A stretch of 62,924 bases of DNA, the filler included, from Octopus bimaculoides (Eukaryota), in NCBI RefSeq assembly GCF_001194135.2. It is 5 parts of 4 records of this genome, joined end to end, with 100 filler letters (N's around TTAATTAATTAA, not from the genome) between each part and the next. Parts side by side here need not be neighbours in the genome. Positions count along the whole stretch, not along the records: positions 25,026 to 40,360 come from NC_069010.1; 4 more parts are not named here. One strand, 5' to 3'. Under the pieces are notes generated by a model, which saw nothing but the letters and a program-made list of their open reading frames with translations, was not told where the DNA came from and searched no databases. Shown one piece after another: positions 28,452 to 40,185 of this stretch. The translations under genes and the position numbers were made by a program. How positions within the stretch are numbered: the stretch's first letter is position 1; each line of letters opens with the position of its first letter.

Positions 28452-31400
28452 ATGAGCTTCTCTCAGTTTCCATCTACTAAATCCACTCACAAAACAACTA
28501 GGCTCCTCGTGAGAGATACAGGCACTATGNNNNNNNNNNNNNNNNNNNNNNNNNNNNNNNNNNNNNNNNNNNNNNNNNNNNNNNNNNNNNNNNNNNNNNN
28601 NNNNNNNNNNNNNNNNNNNNNNNNNNNNNNNNNNNNNNNNNNNNNNNNNNNNNNNNNNNNNNNNNNNNNNNNNNNNNNNNNNNNNNNNNNNNNNNNNNNN
28701 NNNNNNNNNNNNNNNNNNNNNNNNNNNNNNNNNNNNNNNNNNNNNNNNNNNNNNNNNNNNNNNNNNNNNNNNNNNNNNNNNNNNNNNNNNNNNNNNNNNN
28801 NNNNNNNNNNNNNNNNNNNNNNNNNNNNNNNNNNNNNNNNNNNNNNNNNNNNNNNNNNNNNNNNNNNNNNNNNNNNNNNNNNNNNNNNNNNNNNNNNNNN
28901 NNNNNNNNNNNNNNNNNNNNNNNNNNNNNNNNNNNNNNNNNNNNNNNNNNACCCTTATTTATTCTCTTTCTCGGCTGGCCGGCCATGAGCTCAGACGTAC
29001 AAGCAGTCTCTCTCCAACATTCCAACTCTGGAGACAGCTCTTTCCAACATTCCAACTCTGGAGCTAGACAAATAACCACTCAACATCATTGACGGCGTCT
29101 CAGCAACCAAAGGGCGAAGTGCTGCCTATTTCCTCTGTAAATAAATATTGTTGTGTTGATGGTTCAGAATCTGCGTTCCGTTGTTTCTTCTAGTAATTTA
29201 ATGTACAGAAGCGGGTATACACCTAATGGTGTATAACCACTTTCCTATAAGTGAATCCACATGGTTGAAGGCTTTAAGGATAAACCAACTACAACAACAT
29301 CAACAACATGAACATAATTATAACAGTGAGGATGAGTCTGATTTCAATAACGAATGTTATAAAATGATTAGCTTTACCTTTTGAGAGAAAGATTTCTTTT
29401 TCAAACAGTGTTCGTTTATATATAATTTTGCTGTTCCTGACACAGGTTTACCTTGAGTGTACCTGATAAAAAAAAAGGAGAAAAGAAATCACAAAAACAG
29501 CTTACGGTTTCATAATCTAAGCCTGAGATGCTCAACCATTTATATGGCACCAGCACAGGACGGTTGCAGGTCAACCCTCACCACCAGGGGATTGGTCTTA
29601 GCACTTACATTGTGGATTACAGGTCTTCTTGAGTATAGCGAGGTACAAGGTCCTTTGTCATCTTGCCTGACACGTTCATAGTCCTGAGGTCATTCCTCAG
29701 CACTTTGTCCCATGTCTTCCTAAGTCTCTCCCTTTTATATTCAAAACTTTGTATTTTAATTTGACCTTCACCGGTCATCTCTCTCACCTGTTGTTCCAAG
29801 TAGCTGTTTGCACACAATGGCAGCCACAGCATGGTAAAAGAGCTCTGACTGGCAGGCTAAACCCAGTAAGGGCAACGGACAGGTATGTAATTGTTGGTGA
29901 GTAAGGGCTTGCCTACCTATGCATGTGTGGAGGCGCAATGGCCCAGTGGTTAGGGCAGCGGACTCGCGGTCATAGGATCGCGGTTTCGATTCCCAGACTG
30001 GGCCTTGTGAGTGTTTATTGAGCGAAAAACACCTAAAGCTCCACAAGGTTCCGGCAGGGGATGGTGGCGAACCCTGCTGTAGTCTTTCACCACAACTTTC
30101 TCTCACTCTTACTCCCTGTTTCTGTTGTACCTGTATCTCAAAGGGGTCAGCCTTGTCACACACTGTGTCACGCTGAATATCCCTGAGAACTACGTTAAGG
30201 GTACACGTGTCTGTGGAGTGCTCAGCCACTTGCACGTTAATTTCACGAGCAGGCTGTTCCGTTGATCGGATCAACTGGAGCCCTCAACGTCGTAAGCGAC
30301 GGAGTGCCAACAACATATATATACATACATACACACTTAAATAAACACATACACAGATAGAGTGATAGTTTTCTTCTCAATCCCTGTTCTGTTTTACGTA
30401 ATTCAAAGGGTCAGCCTTGTCACACTGTGTCACGCTGAATATCCCCGAGAACTACATTAAGGGTACACGTCTCTGCGGAGTGGTGAGCCACTTGCATGTT
30501 AATTTCATGAGCAGCAGGCTGTTCCGTTGATCGGATCAACTGGAACCCTCGACGTCGTAAGCGACGGAGTGCCAACAACCAACAACAACCTATGCATGTG
30601 AAGACTGGATCCAGCGAACTCTGCACAAGAAACCTTCATGGTTCAACAGAGAGGGAGGCAGCTACAGCAATGCATTGTAGAGTACAGAGAGCAAGATGAG
30701 GCAAATGAAACATCTTGGTCATCCACTGCATCCGTCTCCATCCCCTGTTGTTTTGACCTGGTCTTGCCATTGGATTCGAGATGGTCATGGACAAGAGAAT
30801 GAGATTGACCAAGTGCAACTCTTCTATACTTCAAACAAAGTCACTGTTCAATGCACCAATCAATCTCGATAATTAATGGTCTTTGTTGCCCCAACAGATG
30901 AACATGAAATTTACAAGATAAGGAAACTAGAATACTTACTGGGCTTTAACAGTAACACTGAGTACTGTGCCGATCAAGTTACCTTTCTGTAGTTTATATA
31001 AATATTTAGGAGTTACTACAGTCACTTCCACTTTGGGGAGTTCTGAAATAAGAAAGAAAAATACATAAAACTAGGAGACCTTTACGGACTAGTCCATCAT
31101 GTGTATTTAAAGTACTAGTGGAAACACCAGACTCCAGGTACATTTTGGGCTAGAAAATGTTGAAAGATTCTAAAGTGGAAACAAATGGTGCATTATATAC
31201 AGGGTGCAATGGGTAAATTGCTGCCATTTTATATTTTTAATTTTTTATATTTTTATATATTATATATTTTTTATATTTTATATATATATTTTTATATATA
31301 TTTTTATATATATATTTGTATATATATATTTTTATATATATTTTTATATATATTTTTATATATATTTTTATATTTTTATATTTTATATTTTTATATATAT

Positions 31401-34400
31401 TTTTTATATTTTATATTTTTATATATATTTTTTATATTTTATATATATATTTTTATATATATTTTTATATATATATTTTTATATTTTTATATATTTTTAT
31501 ATATTTTTAATTTTTTATATTTTTATATATTATATATTTTTTATATTTTATATATATATTTTTATATATATTTTCGTATATATATTTATATATATATATT
31601 TTTATATTTTTATATATTTTTATATATTTTTATATATATTTTTTATATTTTATATATATATTTTTATATATATTTTTATATATATATTTTTACATATATA
31701 TTTTATATATATATTTTTATATTTTATATTTTTAATTTATGCAATGGGTAAATTGCTGCCATTTTATATTTTTAATTTTGTGCATGCACATTGTTTGTTT
31801 TTGATTTTGTTGACTACACAGGATAGTAGGGTCAGTTGGGCACAATCTGTGAGAAAAGCAGCACCATGACGCAATTCGCTCACCTAGAAATTTGGAAACG
31901 ACATGCTGTACTACTTGGCAATCACACCGGCAGCTCCAATACAAACATTTCAGAGTGTTTGGGTGTCAATCTGAGAACATGTACTGAGAGTGATAAACGA
32001 CCCCGAAAGGATGAAAGGTAAAAGTCGACCTCGGCGGAATTTGAACTCAGAACATCACGACAGATGAAATACCGCTAAGCATTTCGCCCAGTGTACTAAC
32101 GATTCTACCAGCTTGCTGCCCTAATCCTAGAAATATTATGCTTGCAAACTATCATCATCATCATCATTTGATGTCTGTGCTCCGTTGCGACATGGGTTGG
32201 ATGGTGTGACAGGATCTGATGGGGTCAAGGACTGCATTGTATTCCAGTTCCTGTTTGGCATGGTTTCTACAACTGAATGTCCTTCCTAACAGCAACCACT
32301 TAACAGAGCGTGCCGAGTGTGTTTTGCATGCCATCCGCATTAGTGAGGTCACCATGCAGCCTTCAAGACTACCAAACATCATGTGGGGCAGGGGAACTTT
32401 ATGTTAAGAGAATAGGGTGTAGAGTGAGGCGATGTATGAGAAAAAAGGGCAGAAGTAAGCAGGTTTCTTGCTGAAGAGGAGTAACATGAGTTTTTGAACA
32501 GATGGCACTGGCTGAAATATTTTTGAGCATAAACCTGCTAGAGGCAGGAAGTTAAATATGTTGATCCCCACAAAGAAAGAAAAATTCACTTACCATATTC
32601 CNNNNNNNNNNNNNNNNNNNNNNNNNNNNNNNNNNNNNNNNNNNNNNNNNNNNNNNNNNNNNNNNNNNNNNNNNNNNNNNNNNNNNNNNNNNNNNNNNNN
32701 NNNNNNNNNNNNNNNNNNNNNNNNNNNNNNNNNNNNNNNNNNNNNNNNNNNNNNNNNNNNNNNNNNNNNNNNNNNNNNNNNNNNNNNNNNNNNNNNNNNN
32801 NNNNNNNNNNNNNNNNNNNNNNNNNNNNNNNNNNNNNNNNNNNNNNNNNNNNNNNNNNNNNNNNNNNNNNNNNNNNNNNNNNNNNNNNNNNNNNNNNNNN
32901 NNNNNNNNNNNNNNNNNNNNNNNNNNNNNNNNNNNNNNNNNNNNNNNNNNNNNNNNNNNNNNNNNNNNNNNNNNNNNNNNNNNNNNNNNNNNNNNNNNNN
33001 NNNNNNNNNNNNNNNNNNNNNNNNNNNNNNNNNNNNNNNNNNNNNNNNNNNNNNNNNNNNNNNNNNNNNNNNNNNNNNNNNNNNNNNNNNNNNNNNNNNN
33101 NNNNNNNNNNNNNNNNNNNNNNNNNNNNNNNNNNNNNNNNNNNNNNNNNNNNNNNNNNNNNNNNNNNNNNNNNNNNNNNNNNNNNNNNNNNNNNNNNNNN
33201 NNNNNNNNNNNNNNNNNNNNNNNNNNNNNNNNNNNNNNNNNNNNNNNNNNNNNNNNNNNNNNNNNNNNNNNNNNNNNNNNNNNNNNNNNNNNNNNNNNNN
33301 NNNNNNNNNNNNNNNNNNNNNNNNNNNNNNNNNNNNNNNNNNNNNNNNNNNNNNNNNNNNNNNNNNNNNNNNNNNNNNNNNNNTCACATTTCAAAAAATT
33401 TATCTGATATTATTTTGTAGCTTCAAGATAGGAAAGATGTAATTGCTTATTTATAGAATGACATTGTAGGGTATGTGTGAGAGGCTGGTTCTGGCCAGTT
33501 TGAGCATAAAATGTGTAGAATATTTGGGCCGGATACAGCCGGTTTAAACACTAAAGGGTTAATCAGCGGTGGCTAAGCAGAATGACGGGAATTTGTATAA
33601 CCAAGTATCATCATAAATAAAACCTTTTTATTATATTGTAAATTGTTCTGATGTCTCTTCATTTATAATGCTGTTAAAAGGTGATAGAGAGAGACTAAAG
33701 TCTGTACAACTATCCAAACTATTACAGTTGTAAAGGTTAACATGTATTGATCCTGTGATGTTTGAATAGTACTAAAGCATTTCTACAAGTTTTGCTTCTT
33801 GTAAAATATATTTTACTTGTTTCAGTCATTAGACTGCAGCCATGCTGGAGCACCACCTTGCAGAATTTTCAGTTGAATGAATATCCTGAAAGGATGAAAG
33901 CAAAGTTGACCCTAGCAGAATTTGAACTCGGAACATAAGGAGTTGGAAAAAATGCAGCGATGCATTTTGCCTGACGTGCTAATGGTTCTGCCGACTCGGT
34001 TATATGTATTAGTGTGTGCATGTGATTCTATGAACGTATGTGTTTGTGTTATAGAAAGCTAAATAAGGAATAAATGATGGTGAAGTAACTTACATCCTGC
34101 TCCACCTCTATGGTCCAGGTACCCAATACAGGGCGGCTAGAGATTTGAAATTCACCTGGAGAAACACCTGTAAAAAAGAAGTTATATACCTGTAATGTAT
34201 AGGCTTATCGAATAAATTCAATTCTTTCTTTCCAATGTTAATGGGATTTAAACAAAAAGTATTTTTTTTAAGAGTGTCATGGCTTGGCTTTGTAGCTCTA
34301 TTCTTTGTCTGCAATTACTTTTATTTATCATTTTTGAACTTTGAATAAATTCTACCTCTTTTAAGATGTGTGATGATGGAGTGCCAGGTAGGGAAATGAA

Positions 34401-34826
34401 AAAAAAAACAAAAAAAACAAATCAAAAGAACAATGAGATTTTTGACTGGTTACTGTTATCAAGCGGATTGAAAGATCATTTCATCCCACCTCTTGTGGGA
34501 GCCGACAGGAAAAGTCTTCTTGTGATTTTGTGGGAACTCATTTTCCTAGACATCATTGCATGCAACTCAGAAATTGCTACCAACTTATTGAGAGTTGTGA
34601 TGAATGACCAAGAGGTATGGAAATCCCCTGTGCTGGGGGGGGGGGACTACCTTGAAGGGTTTAGTTGAACAAACTGACCATACTACTCAATTCTATGGGT
34701 CTCTTTTGCTGAACGGTTAAGTTATAAGGTTGTAAACAAACCAACACGAGTTATCAAGCAGTGGTGGCAGGCAGCAGACACAACACAAACACAGACATAT
34801 TCACATGCACTTCCAGCACACATATC

Positions 34827-34878
<52 letters not shown>

Positions 34879-37800
34879 CTGTCTGTCTGGGACCCCAGTA
34901 TCTCAGTCTGCATTTGCTCTACAGAGGCATATACCTTTTTGGAATCAGGATGATCCTGGGACTGAAAATTTGCCCTTCATTTGGTTCTTGAACATCCAGC
35001 ATTGGGATCTGATTTAAAAGCATTCGAATTGCTACTTCTTGCAGGTAAGGCTTTGTTGATTCATGCCATCTTGGTCGGCGTTTGTCAGATGATGTCAGAG
35101 ATTAAAGATTAAAGATAAATGACATTCATTTCATTAATTTTAAGTCGAGATTAGCTTATCTCAATTTTGGGATAAACTGGCCAACAGCTGGAATTCAAAT
35201 GGGGACAAGAACAATAGAATGATCACATTAGAGAATTAATTTTCATCTGTCCTTAACCTCTGATCAAACACCACCAGGGTATATAGTCATTACAGATGTA
35301 TTATAGTCATGCTATTTAGCTCTCTTTAGTTTTGGGCTGCAGGCCAAATTATTCCTCTGCAGGAGCTAGCTTGAAAGTCTAGACATAGTGCAGCTTTTAA
35401 GCTAGTACATATATGAGAGGCTTCTTTTAGTTTCCATCTACCAAGTTTCACTTTATTTGGTGAGTTGAGCTCAGACTTTCTGCATGACAACACCTCGCTC
35501 CTCCACGAAGCACTTTTCACCACGATGCTATCGATGTGATAGCTACTTGCTTCTTTGGCAGGCATCAAGGAAGACCTTAACCTTCTATTACCAAACCTGG
35601 GGATAAAGTAGAAGATGCTTGCCCAGGGTGCTAAGCAGTGGGACTGAACCACAAATAAATAAAAGATAGAAAAAATAAAAAAGAAAATAAATAATATTCC
35701 ACTTACCATTCTTTGAAGTAAGCTGCATTTTGGACAGTAAATTTCCATTTGCGTCCTTTATTGAGAGAAGTCAGAAATGAAGAAAGAGAAAAGAATAAAG
35801 ACTAATGTAAAAACAAAAACAAGATACGTTGGTAATGGTAGTGGTGGTGGTGGTGGTAGTAGTTGTGATGGTGGTAGTGGTATTAGTGATAGTTGTGGTG
35901 GTAGTGATTGCAGATGGACAGTAAAAGCACTGGTGGTGGTGTTGGTGGTGGTAGTAGTAGCGAGGATGGTGGTGGTGGTGTTGGTGGTGGTAGTAGTAGC
36001 GAGGATGGTGGTGGTGGTGTTGGTGGTGGTGATNNNNNNNNNNNNNNNNNNNNNNNNNNNNNNNNNNNNNNNNNNNNNNNNNNNNNNNNNNNNNNNNNNN
36101 NNNNNNNNNNNNNNNNNNNNNNNNNNNNNNNNNNNNNNNNNNNNNNNNNNNNNNNNNNNNNNNNNNNNNNNNNNNNNNNNNNNNNNNNNNNNNNNNNNNN
36201 NNNNNNNNNNNNNNNNNNNNNNNNNNNNNNNNNNNNNNNNNNNNNNNNNNNNNNNNNNNNNNNNNNNNNNNNNNNNNNNNNNNNNNNNNNNNNNNNNNNN
36301 NNNNNNNNNNNNNNNNNNNNNNNNNNNNNNNNNNNNNNNNNNNNNNNNNNNNNNNNNNNNNNNNNNNNNNNNNNNNNNNNNNNNNNNNNNNNNNNNNNNN
36401 NNNNNNNNNNNNNNNNNNNNNNNNNNNNNNNNNNNNNNNNNNNNNNNNNNNNNNNNNNNNNNNNNNNNNNNNNNNNNNNNNNNNNNNNNNNNNNNNNNNN
36501 NNNNNNNNNNNNNNNNNNNNNNNNNNNNNNNNNNNNNNNNNNNNNNNNNNNNNNNNNNNNNNNNNNNNNNNNNNNNNNNNNNNNNNNNNNGGGCACGCAT
36601 GCGCAAGGCAACAGGTGGAGAGAGAGAGCAATAGTGTTCAATCTCTTCTCTCTCTAGCAGTGGTGGTGACAACACGTATCTCTCAGCTCGGTACCGACGT
36701 GTGGTCGAAGCTTCCTTGGTATTCTAGCGGCATGCCTGTTCACCCAGGAACGAAACGGCTCTACACCAACCTAGAATAAATTATTGATCCGTTGTTACCG
36801 TTATCCCTCGTGTTGTTGTATTTCTGGATTTCAATGATTAAGATAAGAACTGGGGAGAGATGGCCGAGCTGTGGTGCTACAAGAAAAGTTTCTATATTGT
36901 GAGAGGCAAGATTCTCCATTAATCCCATTGGTGAAAATAACCTCCCAGAAATAGTGGTTGAAGATGGATGGGGAGATATAGAGATGTATGGTGTGTTACC
37001 TGTGTCTCCTGGCTTGTGTATGTTTTTGGCAGTCAGGATGCTTGTTGCAGACCCATAACCACAGAAGACTTTCAATTTGCCACCAAGATTGAGGTCTAAC
37101 GTGTAGTGTTTTATTTCAAGATCTCCAGTATTCTACAACAGAAAGAAAGTTTATTACACGCAATATTCACTTTTAATAAGAAAAGGTATGACTGTATGAT
37201 AAAAAGCTTGCTTCCCAACTACATTTATACACCAAATGAAAAAACAAAAACTTAGTTAACCAATACATTACAGATTCCTCCAAATAATGTAGAAATATGT
37301 CCTGTTAATCAGAGCTATCTTTTTCAATTCGTCTGATCACTTATTTGTGCTGGAGAAAAACCTTTCACTTTTTTACAGAAAAGATTTATGGGGAGGTCCC
37401 ATAAGTTAAATAGTTCCATTCAGTCAGTACTGAACAAGTCTGTTGTATAATTTAACACAGAAACTTTAGCTTTTAAGGTTTTTTTCACAAAATGTAATGT
37501 TACTTATCAATTCACCCTTAAAATATTTTTTCCTGAAACCCCAGTTTCTAATTTGTAGGTATGTGTCAGAGAGAGATCCAATTTAGAAAATATCTTGCCA
37601 TAATTTAATTTAACAGTAATATCCCCCCCCCCCNNNNNNNNNNNNNGGAGTAAGTAGCAGATAGTGGTATGTTTCAAAACATTCATTTAAACTGATCGGC
37701 CAGCCAGCCGGTCAGTCAGTCGATACATAGATATCTACCCACACACACATTTACACAGAAGAAACAAAGTGAAATGGAAGAAGAAAAAAGCTGTACTCAC

Positions 37801-40154
37801 CATCTTGAAGAATGCTATCCTTTTGTCTGAAAGATAAAGAAATCATAAGATAAATTAGACTTCTATTCCATTGTATGCTAATTAGTTACCTTAATTATCT
37901 ATTCATTTCCTTTGTGTGTGAATATAACATGTATATGTATAATCACTATATCACTGTTTCAAGCAAGCTTTTGAATGTTATTATACTATATATTGTTGGT
38001 CCGAAAGCTCTTCCAATTCTTTCTTGATTGCACGATCTTTTTCCATCTTGGCCCAAATCACTTAATGAAATCATCTTCCCATCAACAGGAGGCATTCCTA
38101 GTGGCATTTTACGATCTCTAAGACACCACTCAGCAACTGGCCATGTCTACTCGCTATCTGCGAACCTTGTGCTTTCTGAAGTCACATTGTTCTTTCTGCT
38201 CCATTTTTGGATTATTTCATTTCAGTTATGGTCACGAAATGATATTCCTAGCACAGATGTTTCCATGGCCCTTTGCAACATAGCTAATCAATGTTCTTCC
38301 TTCTTTGTAGTAGCCCACGTCTTGCATATAAGAACTGGTTCTTTGGAATAGCATGCACTATGTATATCATGTTTGGTACCTCTCCTCTCTTTTCTTTATT
38401 CTCCTTCTAGAAAAGAGTTCTGATTATGTATGTATGTATGTATGTCTCAAAGCTACAAGAAAATACAAGATTAATTCAAAAAAATAAATAAGCATTACAT
38501 TTGGCAGAGTAATCTGAATGCTAAATGCTAATGTTTTTATTTGAAAGTGATTGAAACAGAAGTAGTGTATTTCAAGAAAAATATGGTAACCAAAGGGATA
38601 AACCTAGCTCGGCTGAAAATAAACAATAAACAACAACAATATTACTTACCAGCAGGAATATCTTGAGATGTTATTTTAAGATCTTTGTCCCCATCTTTGA
38701 GTTTAATAACAACTTTTGTGGTAGTTTCAACCTTTCCGAACAATACGACAGTGATGTTGAGTCCATCATCAATACCGAAGCGTCTTGGTGCATAGAACAA
38801 ATAGTACGTACTGGAAAAAAAGAATATATCACAACATTACATGCATAGATACATACAACTATGCGTAGACACATACACAAGCATACATACACACATACAC
38901 ATAAGAGGTGATGTGGAATCACAGGAAGGCTAATGGAGAGAGTAAGGTTTGCGTAGAAGATGCACAGGAGCCATAAAATTTACTGATACACAGGGAATTA
39001 CTTTTCCCAAATGTCCCAAAGGCCCTCTAGTGGTTGTAGATAATTTCTGTTATTTTGTTTTGACAGTTATTTTGAAGAACAGTGAGAAGATGAAGGAGGC
39101 TGTGACAAGAGTCCTGGACACCTTCAGTTTGGAAGACTTCCGTGGGGGGGGGGGCTTTCACTTACTAGCTGGAGCATTACAACATCTGCATTGAAGACAG
39201 AGGATCCTACTTTGAGGAAGTTTAGCATTTTGTACTTCTTCGAAATTAATGTCTCGCCTGAGAAAAAGTCTCAAAATTTCTGGAACACACCTTGTATTTC
39301 ATGTCCCTTTTGTGCTACCAATTATCCCTCCCCTTGGAACCTCTTTTCCTGATAACCATCCCACATTCTAAATATCATCCCTACAAATTCATTCTTCAGT
39401 GAATACTCTTTTTCCCCCTACACATTCTCATATCTACTATTGATGCTTTTGTCATTCATTATATCCAAGCCACATACCTCTGGCCCCTATTTTTGTCCCC
39501 ATGCATCCTTCTCTCACCCTCCTCCACTTCAAATCCCTCTCTTTTCCAACTGAAGTAACAATATACTCATCTACTCCCCAGCAAAACACCTATATCTGTC
39601 CCTCTATACCTTAGTGGAGGTGCTTAGCTCAGTGGTTAGGGTGTTGGACTCATGATCATAAGATTGCGGTTTCAATTCCTTAATATGGCAATGAGTTGTG
39701 TTCTTGGGTAAAACACTTCATTTCACATTTCTCCAGTCCACTCAGCTGGCAAAAGCGAGTAATCCTGCAATGGACTGACATCCCATCCAGGTGGGGAATA
39801 TATACATCAGGAAACCAGCCCTTATGAGTTTGTAGGACTTGAGAAGGCAACTTTACATTTACCTTACCCTCTATACCAGAAATCTCTCAACCGGCACAAA
39901 GCCACACCCCATTGATACTACTCCCCACTCACAGTTGAGAGGTTTTTGCTTTGCAAAATATTTGGTGACCCATGTAAAAAGCAATTGTATTGGTGTCGTG
40001 TAAAAAGCACCCAGTACACTCTGTAAAATGGTTGGCATTTGGAAGGGCATCCGTCTATACAAACCATGCTAAAACAGACGTTGGAGCCTGGTGCAGCTCT
40101 CAGCCTTGCCAGCCCCTGTCAAACACAAGCAGAGAGTGTGTGTGTGTGTGTGAA

Positions 40155-40185
<31 letters not shown>

